Shown here piece after piece: positions 8,735 through 18,085 of a stretch of DNA of 64,000 bases; position 1 is the first letter of the stretch, and the number at the start of each line of letters is the position of its first letter. Made by a program: the position numbers and the translations under genes. This stretch comes from Candidatus Izemoplasmatales bacterium (GTDB lineage: Bacteria; Bacillota_I; Bacilli_A; Izemoplasmatales; Hujiaoplasmataceae): assembly GCA_050949045.1 (NCBI GenBank), contig JBMNEZ010000001.1:544001-608000 (forward strand). The letters are read 5' to 3'. The notes beneath the pieces were generated by a model. The model was not told the origin of the DNA. It searched no databases and saw only the letters and a list, made by a program, of their open reading frames with translations.

Positions 8735-10204
8735 TTGATCATGGGCATCAAGCTATATATATTGTTGGGGGTTATTCTTCTCCTAGTCGTGCTTGTCATG
8801 ACAGCTGTTGTGAGAGCGCTGCTTCTCAAAGACAAAGATGTTTTGAAACCGCTTGATCGGCTTTCACCCGAAAAGAAAAGACAATACGCCGAAGGCTTGT
8901 TGCGGCTGATTGCTCACCAAACCATCGCAGGAAAACCGGGAGAAACCAAAAAGGAGTTCAAAGCGCTCCACAATGAATTGGAGTTATTATTCCCTCTCGT
9001 TCATAAACATTGTGAGCGGACTGTTTTTGAGGGAGGATCGCTACTGTTCCGCTGGCCGGGGAAAAGCCGTGAACAGCCGATTATTTTAATGGCACATCAA
9101 GATGTCGTTCCCGCAACAGCTTCAGAATGGTCTGTCGATCCCTTCAAAGGCGACATCGTCGAAGACAAGGTTATCGGGCGGGGCTCCTTTGACACTAAAG
9201 CGACCTTGTATGCATTTCTCCAAGCCGCCGAGGAACTGCTCGCAGACGGTTTTGTACCTGAGGTCGACATCTATTTTTCTTCATCTTCGGACGAAGAGAT
9301 CTCAGGTGGCGGCGCCGAGATTGCTGTTTCTTATTTGGAGAAACAAGGAATCAAGCCCTTGATGGTTCTCGACGAAGGGGGAGCGATCGTCTCCGGCGCC
9401 CTCCCGTCATTGAAAAGGCATCTGGCGTTGATTGGGGTCATCGAAAAAGGGTTTCTGAATCTCAGGTTCACTGCCAAATCGACAGGAGGGCACTCTTCGA
9501 CACCTCCCAAAAATTCGCCGATACCGCGGTTGGCGCGATTTATCGCCAGGGTGGAAAAACATTTTCCGCTTAAAACGAAGATGATCCCCGAGGTCAGAGA
9601 CATGTTTCAAACTGCTTCAAGATCGATGTCTTTCCCCTATCGCCTGCTTTTTGGGAACATCTGGCTGTTTAAAGGACTGATCTGTTGGCTATTACCGCGG
9701 ATCAATCCCTACGGAAGAGCTTTGTTCTCGACCACAATTGCCTTCACAATGATGAAGGGATCTGATGCCGCCAATGTCATTCCCTCCGAGGCGCATGTCC
9801 TTTGTAATCTAAGGACCCATCCGATCCAAGATATTGAATCGACAGTAGCGGTCCTGTCCAAGATTGCCCGTAAATATAATATCGATTGCGAAATCATCGA
9901 GGGAAGAGAAGCGACACCAATTGTCAACACAAAAGGAGTTGCCTACAACTATCTTGTCTCAGAGATTAGAAAGAATTTTCCCGATGTGCTGGTTTCACCC
10001 TACATCATTTTTGGCGGCACGGATGCACGCTTCTTTACGAGAATCACTGACTCCGCTCTCCGTTTTTCACCAGTCAGGATCACTAACGACGATTTGAAGA
10101 AAATGCATGGTATCGACGAGTGCATTGAGGTTAGATCGCTCGCCGAGGCGGTGGTCTTTTATAAGAGCTTCATGAGTGATTTCAAGAAAACTGAAAAAGT
10201 ATGA
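8735..10204 (+). CDS. M20 family metallopeptidase/amidohydrolase with N-terminal membrane anchor
   Basis: AHQDVVP, GRGSFDTK, DEE, LDEG, GGHSS, GGTDAR, HGIDE. Confidence 0.9.
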   Translation: MIMGIKLYILLGVILLLVVLVMTAVVRALLLKDKDVLKPLDRLSPEKKRQYAEGLLRLIAHQTIAGKPGETKKEFKALHNELELLFPLVHKHCERTVFEGGSLLFRWPGKSREQPIILMAHQDVVPATASEWSVDPFKGDIVEDKVIGRGSFDTKATLYAFLQAAEELLADGFVPEVDIYFSSSSDEEISGGGAEIAVSYLEKQGIKPLMVLDEGGAIVSGALPSLKRHLALIGVIEKGFLNLRFTAKSTGGHSSTPPKNSPIPRLARFIARVEKHFPLKTKMIPEVRDMFQTASRSMSFPYRLLFGNIWLFKGLICWLLPRINPYGRALFSTTIAFTMMKGSDAANVIPSEAHVLCNLRTHPIQDIESTVAVLSKIARKYNIDCEIIEGREATPIVNTKGVAYNYLVSEIRKNFPDVLVSPYIIFGGTDARFFTRITDSALRFSPVRITNDDLKKMHGIDECIEVRSLAEAVVFYKSFMSDFKKTEKV

Positions 10205-10209
10205 TATTG

Positions 10210-10232
10210 ATAGCGGGAACCCCCGCTATTTT
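10210..10232 (+). terminator. Intrinsic terminator
   Basis: ATAGCGGG-aacc-CCCGCTAT then TTT. Confidence 0.7.
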
Positions 10233-10245
10233 CATTTTGAATAAG

Positions 10246-10274
10246 TGGACAGATGCGGATATTTTTGTTATAAT
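10246..10274 (+). promoter_or_regulatory. Sigma-A promoter of cvfB-yebC
   Basis: TGGACA, 17 bp spacer, TG-n-TATAAT. Confidence 0.7.
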
Positions 10275-10343
10275 TTAGAAGGCATCAGCCCGGTCCTTTG
10301 GTTATGCCCGGAGTTAGTGCAGACTGGGAGAGTCGTGTAGATT

Positions 10344-11195
10344 ATGGTTATAATCGGTCAGTTCAACCGCTTAGCGGTGCTTCGCGAGACAGACATAGCC
10401 TTTTTGCTTACAGATGGGCAAGAGGAGATTTTTTTGCACAAGAAAGAAGCACTTGCATCCTACAAACCAAACGATCTCATTGATGTCTATGTTTATGTTG
10501 ATAATCAAGGCCGAAAGACTGCTTCGACCAGAAGCCCCTTCATCACCCTTGACCAAGGCGCTTTTTTGAAGGTCGTGAGCGTCAATCCTGCTTACGGCGT
10601 TTTTCTCGACAACAATCTGATCAAAGATCTCCTGCTTTCGAAAGATGACTTGCCACTCAACCTTGATTTATGGCCACAGCCTGGAGATTCCCTTTTTGTC
10701 GTCATGAAGGAAAAGAAGGGCAACTTGTTTGCCAAATTCGTTGGGCGCAAAGAGATTATCGGTTATTTTGCCAAACCACCTTCGCTAGAACTACATCTCA
10801 GTGTACCTGCGAACGTGATGTACATCGTCGATGAGGGGATTATTTGCTTCACCGCTTCCGGACAAGAGATCTTTGTCCATAAGAACAATATGCGAGAAAC
10901 TCATCGTCTCGGTGAACTCGTTCACCCGAAAATCGTCAGGGAGGCTTCGACTTTTTCCTATAGCGGTACACTCATCGCTCAAAAGGAAGCGATGATCGGA
11001 GCCGATGCCAACGCTGTGCTTCTCTATCTTAAAAAACATGGTGGACGCATGCGTTTCACTGACAAATCCGAAGCCGATTTGATCCAGTCGGCTTTCAAAA
11101 TGAGCAAATCGGCATTCAAACGTGCGCTCGGATCACTATATAAACAAGGACTTATCGAACTAGATTCGACTGAAACAAGAATAATCAAACAATAA
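10344..11195 (+). CDS. cvfB: CvfB/YitL-family S1 RNA-binding protein
   Basis: Tandem S1-like segments; C-terminal winged helix F.MSKSAFKRALG.LYK. Confidence 0.88.
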   Translation: MVIIGQFNRLAVLRETDIAFLLTDGQEEIFLHKKEALASYKPNDLIDVYVYVDNQGRKTASTRSPFITLDQGAFLKVVSVNPAYGVFLDNNLIKDLLLSKDDLPLNLDLWPQPGDSLFVVMKEKKGNLFAKFVGRKEIIGYFAKPPSLELHLSVPANVMYIVDEGIICFTASGQEIFVHKNNMRETHRLGELVHPKIVREASTFSYSGTLIAQKEAMIGADANAVLLYLKKHGGRMRFTDKSEADLIQSAFKMSKSAFKRALGSLYKQGLIELDSTETRIIKQ

Positions 11196-11209
11196 TGGTG
11201 GTGTAAACG

Positions 11210-11935
11210 ATGGGAAGAGCCCATGAAGTTAGAAAAGTAGCCATGCAACGGACTAGTTTGCTTAAGAGCAAGCTCTACTCCAAATTTGGTAAAGAAATAT
11301 ATATGGCCGCCAAGACCGGCGGCCCCGATCCCGATAGCAACCTCGCCCTCAAGCGCGTCATTGACCGGGCAAAGCAAAGCCAGGTCCCCGCTGATGTAAT
11401 CAAACGCAACATCGAAAAATCAAAAGGGGGCGCCGGCGAAGACTACTTCCCTGTCCGTTACGAGGGCTTCGGCCCCGGTGGTTCGACATTAATCGTCGAG
11501 TGTTTGACCGACAACATCAACCGGACTTTCGGTGATGTCAGAAACTGCTTCACTAAAACCGGTTGTAAGTTGGGACTGGCTAACAGCGTCTTATATATGT
11601 ATCAATTCGCGTCTTTGCTCAGCGTCAGCGGCATTGATGAGGAGAGCGCCCTTGAGGCAATCGTTGTCGCCGAAGTCGACATTGAAGACATCGAATCGGA
11701 GGAAGACATCGTCACGATCATCGGGGCACCTCAAGACCTTGATAAAATCAAGGATGCTTTGGTTGCGACGGGACGCGAACTTGAGTTTCTCGTAGACAAG
11801 GTCACCTACATTCCCTCAGAGTATGTCGATCTCGATGTCGATGACATGGATAAGTTCCAACGATTTCTCGAGATGACCGACGCATTGGATGATGTCAAAG
11901 AAGTATTTCACAATGTCAATCTTCCGCAGGAATAG
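11210..11935 (+). CDS. YebC/PmpR family protein
   Basis: GGPDPDSNLAL, RYEGFGPGG, CLTDNINRT, DALDDVKEVFHN. Confidence 0.93.
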   Translation: MGRAHEVRKVAMQRTSLLKSKLYSKFGKEIYMAAKTGGPDPDSNLALKRVIDRAKQSQVPADVIKRNIEKSKGGAGEDYFPVRYEGFGPGGSTLIVECLTDNINRTFGDVRNCFTKTGCKLGLANSVLYMYQFASLLSVSGIDEESALEAIVVAEVDIEDIESEEDIVTIIGAPQDLDKIKDALVATGRELEFLVDKVTYIPSEYVDLDVDDMDKFQRFLEMTDALDDVKEVFHNVNLPQE

Positions 11936-12039
11936 TAGTTTTCATTGGTATCTTTTCAAACTGAGAATCGGTGAAAAAATATTTGATTCAAAGACACCCA
12001 ATCAATATTAAAATGATATAATATTCAAGAGGTGAGACC

Positions 12040-12609
12040 ATGAATCTGCCAAATAAATTGACGATGTTAAGAGTTCTCATGATTCCGCTTTTGATTATTG
12101 TCTATTTGTTAAAAAACTATTTTCCTACTGCTTATCTTTGGATCATGGGTATCCTCTTTCTAGTCGCTGCACTCACTGATTATTTTGATGGAGTAATCGC
12201 CCGGAAGCGTAATATTGTGACGACTTTTGGCAAGTTCATGGATCCGCTTGCGGATAAACTCCTGGTTTTGACTGCACTAATCATTCTCGCGGACAATCAT
12301 TTTTACGTTGACTGGATGTGGATGCCATTTTGGTTTGTCTTGATCATCCTTGGCCGCGAACTAATCGTGACCGCCATCAGATTGGTTGCGGTCAGCGAGG
12401 GAAAAGTCATCGCCGCCTCAAATCTTGGAAAACTTAAAACCGGCTCCACGATGGTCGCTATCTTATGGTATTTCTTCCTGATGAATATCAATAATCCCGT
12501 TATCAATGTCATCGGCTGGGTGTTGATGGGCATCGCTTTATTATTCACCATCGTCTCCGGTGTCGATTATTTCTGGAAAAACCGCAAACTGATTTTTCAG
12601 TCTATTTAA
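12040..12609 (+). CDS. pgsA: CDP-diacylglycerol--glycerol-3-phosphate 3-phosphatidyltransferase
   Basis: MNLPNKLT, TDYFDGVIAR...FGKFMDPLADK; lies upstream of recA. Confidence 0.95.
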   Translation: MNLPNKLTMLRVLMIPLLIIVYLLKNYFPTAYLWIMGILFLVAALTDYFDGVIARKRNIVTTFGKFMDPLADKLLVLTALIILADNHFYVDWMWMPFWFVLIILGRELIVTAIRLVAVSEGKVIAASNLGKLKTGSTMVAILWYFFLMNINNPVINVIGWVLMGIALLFTIVSGVDYFWKNRKLIFQSI

Positions 12610-12669
12610 AGAATCATTCGGCTTAAAGCGTATTATCTATAGAGAGCCGAAAAGAACTGGAGGCCGCCA

Positions 12670-13665
12670 ATGGCAGATGAAAGCAGAAAGAAAAGTTTAG
12701 AAATCGCACTCAAGGAAATCGAGAAGGAATACGGAAAAGGCGCAGTTATGATACTCGGCGAAGCTAGTTCGACATTGAATGTCGAAGCCATTTCCACCGG
12801 TTCGATCGCCCTTGACGCCGCTCTTGGCGTCGGCGGCTACCCAAGGGGGAGGATCGTCGAAATCTTCGGCCCGGAATCCACCGGCAAGACGACTTTTGCC
12901 CTCCATGCGATCGCAGAAGTCCAGAAACGTGGCGGCTATGCCGCTTTCATTGACGCGGAACATGCTCTTGATCCCGTCTATGCAAAGGCTTTGGGAGTCG
13001 ATATCGACTCACTAATTTTGTCACAACCAGATACCGGCGAACAAGGGCTTGAGATCGCCGAGACTCTCATTAGAAGCGGCGCTGTTGATATCATGGTCGT
13101 CGATTCGGTCGCGGCTTTGGTTCCCGAAGCTGAGATCAGAGGCGAGATGGGCGACAGCCATGTCGGCTTGCAGGCAAGGCTAATGAGCCAAGCGATGCGA
13201 AAATTATCGGGCGTTCTATCCAAATCACAATGCATAGCGATTTTTATCAATCAGATCAGGGAAAAGGTCGGGGTTATGTTTGGTAACCCGGAAACGACTC
13301 CGGGTGGTCGAGCGCTCAAATTCTATGCTTCGGTCCGGCTCGAGATCAGAAGGGGCGAGCAACTCAAAGAGGGCACATCTTTCATCGGCAATCAAGTCAA
13401 AGTCAAAGTTGTGAAAAACAAGGTTGCAGCACCCTTCAAATCGTGCGTCATCGATATCATCTACGGCAAGGGCATTTCCAAATCCGGAGAGGTCGTCGAC
13501 CTCGCTACTGAACTCGACATCATCAAGAAAAGCGGTTCTTGGTATGCCTATAAGGATCAAAAGATCGGGCAGGGGCGGGAAAACACCAAAAAATATCTCG
13601 AAGAAAATCCTGAGTTGTACAAAGAACTCACCGAATTAGTCCGCGAACGCTTCAACATACAATAA
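12670..13665 (+). CDS. recA: Recombinase RecA
   Basis: [39 protein letters not shown]. Confidence 0.99.
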   Translation: MADESRKKSLEIALKEIEKEYGKGAVMILGEASSTLNVEAISTGSIALDAALGVGGYPRGRIVEIFGPESTGKTTFALHAIAEVQKRGGYAAFIDAEHALDPVYAKALGVDIDSLILSQPDTGEQGLEIAETLIRSGAVDIMVVDSVAALVPEAEIRGEMGDSHVGLQARLMSQAMRKLSGVLSKSQCIAIFINQIREKVGVMFGNPETTPGGRALKFYASVRLEIRRGEQLKEGTSFIGNQVKVKVVKNKVAAPFKSCVIDIIYGKGISKSGEVVDLATELDIIKKSGSWYAYKDQKIGQGRENTKKYLEENPELYKELTELVRERFNIQ

Positions 13666-13691
13666 GAAAACCGGAAGGTTTTCTTTTTTTT
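13664..13691 (+). terminator. Intrinsic terminator
   Basis: AAGAAAACC-ggaa-GGTTTTCTT then T run. Confidence 0.8.
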
Positions 13692-13703
13692 AAGAAATAA
13701 TTT

Positions 13704-13732
13704 TTGACTATAAGGCAGAGTTATAATATAAT
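13704..13732 (+). promoter_or_regulatory. Sigma-A promoter of rny
   Basis: TTGACT, 17 bp spacer, TATAAT (13727-13732). Confidence 0.75.
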
Positions 13733-13824
13733 GTAAGAGTAGAATTTGTGTATTAACGGCAAAGGGTTTTTGAGTAGCCCTCTGCTATTACATACCAATA
13801 ACTTAATCTAATGGAGGTAATAAT

Positions 13825-15387
13825 ATGGATGCATTGATTATTATTTCCAGTTTGCTCGGAGGCTTGTTGGTAGGCTTTCTTATTGGATATCTCGTTCGCG
13901 TTGCGGTCGTCGAAAAAGGTTTCCAAACAGCTAAAAACAATGCTCAAAACCTCATTGATGAAGCTAATGTGTTAGCGGAAAAAATCAAAAAAGAGAAACT
14001 TTTAGAAGCGAAACAAGAACTTTACAATCTGAATATTGAGAACGATAAACTCATCAAGGAAAAACGTGCGATGGTCGCCGAACTTGAACACAAACTCGGC
14101 CAGCGTGAGGAGATGCTAGAGCGTCGTTCCGCAAATCTTGACAAGCGTGAAATGAATCTGGATCGTAAAGAAGAAGTTCTCGATGAAAAGAAGAAAACTC
14201 TTGAAGAGAAAAATAGCAAATTGGACAGCGTCATCCAGGAACAAAACGTTAAACTGCTAGAAATAGCGAATTTCACAGAAGAACAAGCTAGATCTGTCAT
14301 CATGGAACGTGTAGAAAAAGATATGGCCGCCGAAATTGACCGCTTTCTCCGTGACCAGGAAGACAATGCGCGCATGGAAGCCCAAAAGACAGCCAGAGAG
14401 GTCATCACCCAGGCGATCCAAAAATATGCCCAGGATGTCACAACCGAATCAACCGTCTCGGTTGTATCCCTGCCGAACGACGAGATGAAAGGCAGACTAA
14501 TCGGCCGTGAGGGCCGCAATATCAGAGCGATCGAAGCATTGACCGGAGTTGACCTGATCATCGATGATACTCCCGAAGCCGTCGTCTTATCAGGATTCGA
14601 TCCGATCAGGAGAGAAATAGCGAAAAAATCCGTTGAATCCTTGATCGCCGATGGACGCATCCATCCGGCGAGGATCGAAGAAATCGTCGAAAAGACCCGA
14701 GTAGAAACCGACCAGTTCATCCGTGACATCGGCGCCAAAGCCGTTTTTGAGACCGGTGTCGGCAAAATGCACCCCGATCTCGTCAAACTGCTTGGCCGAC
14801 TTCACTTCCGCACATCCTACGGACAAAACGCCTTGCAACACTCGATCGAGACCGCGTTCTTCGCGGGCAAGATGGCCGTTGAACTCGGTGAGAACGAAGT
14901 TATTGCCAAACGTGCTGGGCTTCTGCACGACATCGGCAAGGCCGTCGACCATGAGATCGAAGGCTCACATGTCGATATCGGCATGAATCTCGCCACAAGG
15001 TATCACGAACATAAAGCCGTCATTGATGCGATCAGCTCCCATCACGGAGACAAGGAACCCTCGACAATCATCGGTGTTCTAGTCGCCGCCGCCGACGCTC
15101 TGTCTGCCGCAAGACCGGGCGCGAGAAGCGAATCGATGGAAAACTATATCAATCGTTTGACCCAGCTCGAGGAGATCAGCAAATCTGTCGAAGGTGTCGA
15201 TCAGGCCTATGCGATTCAGGCAGGTCGTGAGATCCGCGTGATCGTCAAACCGAACGAGGTTGACGACCAAAAGACATATATCGTTGCGAGGGAAATCAAA
15301 CAACAGCTCGAAAGCAAACTGTCTTATCCCGGAACTATCAAAGTTACGGTTATCCGAGAAACTAGAGCTCAAGAAATAGCAAAATAA
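13825..15387 (+). CDS. rny: Ribonuclease Y
   Basis: N-terminal TM helix, coiled coil, KH ([13 protein letters not shown]), HD (LLHDIGK), [10 protein letters not shown]. Confidence 0.98.
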   Translation: MDALIIISSLLGGLLVGFLIGYLVRVAVVEKGFQTAKNNAQNLIDEANVLAEKIKKEKLLEAKQELYNLNIENDKLIKEKRAMVAELEHKLGQREEMLERRSANLDKREMNLDRKEEVLDEKKKTLEEKNSKLDSVIQEQNVKLLEIANFTEEQARSVIMERVEKDMAAEIDRFLRDQEDNARMEAQKTAREVITQAIQKYAQDVTTESTVSVVSLPNDEMKGRLIGREGRNIRAIEALTGVDLIIDDTPEAVVLSGFDPIRREIAKKSVESLIADGRIHPARIEEIVEKTRVETDQFIRDIGAKAVFETGVGKMHPDLVKLLGRLHFRTSYGQNALQHSIETAFFAGKMAVELGENEVIAKRAGLLHDIGKAVDHEIEGSHVDIGMNLATRYHEHKAVIDAISSHHGDKEPSTIIGVLVAAADALSAARPGARSESMENYINRLTQLEEISKSVEGVDQAYAIQAGREIRVIVKPNEVDDQKTYIVAREIKQQLESKLSYPGTIKVTVIRETRAQEIAK

Positions 15388-15438
15388 ACCCGCTAGCCTT
15401 CCCCAAACGGAAGGCTATGCTCTTAAAGGGGCGAGCAA

Positions 15439-16203
15439 ATGAAAATTCTCTTTGTTGGCGATGTTTTTATGGATCGGGGCCGCGAGGCATTCTCGAAGTT
15501 TTTCCCCCAAGTTAAAACTGAGTACAGACCCCATCTCACAATTGTCAACGGTGAAAATATCACCGCCGGCAACGGCTTGTCAGATGCAATCTACAAGGAA
15601 TACATGGCCAAGGGTGTCAGCGCTTTTACCCTTGGCAACCATGCCTTCTCGCGCAAAGACGCACCAGTGGTATTGCAGTATGAAAACGTTGTGAGGCCGG
15701 CCAACTATGGGCCCGGAACCCTCGGCAAAGGTTATGCCACGATCCGGTTCAATGATAGAAAAGTGACGGTCGTCAACCTTCTTGGCCGCATCTTCATGCG
15801 CGACCCCATCGACAATCCGTTCACGGTGATGGACAAATTGCTCGATGAAATCGAATCCGATCACATCATCGTTGATTTTCACGCCGAGGCGACCAGTGAA
15901 AAATATGCTTTGGCCAATTATTTGGACGGTCGTGTCGACGCTTTGATCGGGACTCATACCCATGTCCAGACCGCAGATGAGGCTAGATTTCCGAAGGGGA
16001 TGCTCTACATCACCGATGTCGGCATGAGCGGCGTTCGGTTCTCAATCATCGGCGGAGAAATCAAACAGGGCATCAGGAAATTCGTTTCCGGTGTCCCTGA
16101 ACGGGTCTACCCTGAAAAAGAAGGGCCGCTACAGTTCAATGCTGTTCTCCTTGATCTTGATTTCAGAGAGATCACGAGGATCAGTTTGAAAGAAGAGCTT
16201 TGA
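15439..16203 (+). CDS. ymdB: YmdB-family metallophosphoesterase
   Basis: GDV, NGEN, TLGNH, DFHAEATSEK, GTHTHVQTAD; directly follows rny. Confidence 0.93.
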   Translation: MKILFVGDVFMDRGREAFSKFFPQVKTEYRPHLTIVNGENITAGNGLSDAIYKEYMAKGVSAFTLGNHAFSRKDAPVVLQYENVVRPANYGPGTLGKGYATIRFNDRKVTVVNLLGRIFMRDPIDNPFTVMDKLLDEIESDHIIVDFHAEATSEKYALANYLDGRVDALIGTHTHVQTADEARFPKGMLYITDVGMSGVRFSIIGGEIKQGIRKFVSGVPERVYPEKEGPLQFNAVLLDLDFREITRISLKEEL

Positions 16204-16220
16204 TTCGGAAAGGCCATAGC

Positions 16221-17648
16221 ATGTCAAACTATCATCTTCCCAACCAGCGCATAGCTGGAAAGAGGACGAAAGACCTGGCAAAGAAGCGGGACTTTGTGCT
16301 TGATCCCGCTTTTTTTGGTTTGGGAAAAGGACGCTCGTTTTTTATCAAGACATATGGTTGTCAGGCGAACGAAGCCGATTCCGAGGCGATCTCCGGGTTG
16401 ATGGTTGCCTGCGGGTTTGATGTCGCTGAAAATTATGAGAGTGCGGATTTCATCATTGTCAACACCTGTGCCGTCCGGGAAAATGCCGAGAAAAAAGTCT
16501 ATGGCTTGCTTGGCGGATTCAAGGACTTAAAACGAAAGAACCCGAATCTCAAACTCATCGTTGCCGGTTGCATGATGCAACAAGAAACTGTAGTCGAACG
16601 GATTATCAAGACATTCAGACACGTCGATATCGTGATCGGAACCCATAATATCGATCGCCTACCCGCTTATATCGCCCGTCATGATCGCGAGCAACGCCAA
16701 TTGATCGAAGTGTTGAGCGCTGAAGGGGAAGTAATCGAGAAATTTCCTCTTCTGCGTTCTCACCGCTATAAGGCTTTGGTCAATATCATGTACGGATGCG
16801 ATGAGTTCTGTACCTACTGCATTGTTCCTTACACCAGAGGAAAGGAACGCTCCCGTCAACTCGCTGACATTGTGGAAGAAGTGAAGTCACTTGCCAATGC
16901 AGGATATCAGGAAGTCACGCTGCTCGGACAAAACGTCAACGCCTATGGACTAGATTTCAATGATCGCGGTCAGACTTTTCCCGAGTTGCTTAGACGACTT
17001 CAACGGCTGCCGATTCCGCGCATCAGATTCACAACCAGCCATCCAAAGGACTTTTCAAAAGAACTCGTTGATGTCCTGGCGACCGGCGGCAATCTAATGC
17101 CTTCGATCCACCTTCCCGTTCAATCGGGATCAAATCGAATTTTACGGGCGATGAACAGAAAATATACTAGCGAAAGTTATTTAGAACTTGTCGATTATAT
17201 TTATGAGAAAATCCCGGGAATCTCGCTCTCCACTGATATCATCGTCGGTTTTCCCGGAGAAAGCGATGCCGATTTTGAGGCAACTCTCAACCTGGTTGAA
17301 CTTGCCCGTTTCGAAGGCGCCTACACCTTCATTTATTCTCCCCGTCCAAACACACCCGCCGCAAAACTGACGGACACATTGCCGATTGAAATCAAGAAGG
17401 AAAGGTTGTACCGCTTGAATGCCCTCGTCAATGCCGGTTTCAAAAGAGGAAACGAACGTTTTTTGAACGAAGTTGTTCCAGTTCTTGTCGATGGAGTCTC
17501 GAAGACCGATCCCAGACACTATTCCGGGTATACTCCCAATCAAAAACTCGTCAACTTTGTCGCAATTCCTTCAGATGTCGGTAAGATCAGACCGGTGAAG
17601 ATTACCGAGGCGATGACTTGGACCCTAAACGGCGAGATACTGGAATGA
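16221..17648 (+). CDS. miaB: tRNA methylthiotransferase MiaB
   Basis: TYGCQAN, NTCAVRENAE, radical-SAM GCDEFCTYC, C-terminal TRAM domain. Confidence 0.95.
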   Translation: MSNYHLPNQRIAGKRTKDLAKKRDFVLDPAFFGLGKGRSFFIKTYGCQANEADSEAISGLMVACGFDVAENYESADFIIVNTCAVRENAEKKVYGLLGGFKDLKRKNPNLKLIVAGCMMQQETVVERIIKTFRHVDIVIGTHNIDRLPAYIARHDREQRQLIEVLSAEGEVIEKFPLLRSHRYKALVNIMYGCDEFCTYCIVPYTRGKERSRQLADIVEEVKSLANAGYQEVTLLGQNVNAYGLDFNDRGQTFPELLRRLQRLPIPRIRFTTSHPKDFSKELVDVLATGGNLMPSIHLPVQSGSNRILRAMNRKYTSESYLELVDYIYEKIPGISLSTDIIVGFPGESDADFEATLNLVELARFEGAYTFIYSPRPNTPAAKLTDTLPIEIKKERLYRLNALVNAGFKRGNERFLNEVVPVLVDGVSKTDPRHYSGYTPNQKLVNFVAIPSDVGKIRPVKITEAMTWTLNGEILE

Positions 17649-18085
17649 TGCGGAGATCGTGTTTATCGACCAATCTAGAGCAACTTATGCCCATATACTA
17701 CTCCAAAAAATTATAGGCGTCGTTGAAAGGAAAATAGCCTCTTTTCGGTCACATAGCAAACAACTTTTTTCAAGGAAAGCATGTTAAAATATCCGTATAT
17801 GGCCTAAATAACACGTTTCACAAGCAAACGGATCATCCTTCCCTCCAATATATAGTGTTCCCCTCGTCAGTGATCATGTCATTTTGCATTTAGGCTCAAA
17901 TGAGTTAGTCCGAGCGATTCAAACCTGTCTTGACAACATACTCACGCACGACAAGCGTGACGAAAGCCAAAGATAATGCCAATCTGAAGAAAGTCAAGGA
18001 AATCGCTAAATTTATTGGTTTATCTCTTGAATTATTTTTTACGGTATAGTAATATTAGAGTAACATTGAGAGAAAAGGTGAGAGT

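Noticed and set aside
12610..12669. Possible LexA box before recA
   Set aside because: No GAAC-N4-GTTC; only a TTCGGCT/AGCCGAA hairpin of unknown meaning
14022..14786. 254-aa antisense ORF over rny
   Set aside because: Shadow of a conserved gene; no recognisable motif or RBS
15394..15417. 9-bp hairpin after rny as a terminator
   Set aside because: No U-tract and ymdB follows closely; more likely a stabilising or processing stem
17804..17845. Minus-strand 10-codon ORF (MIRLLVKRVI) behind GGAGGGAAGG
   Set aside because: Too short to support without conservation or ribosome data
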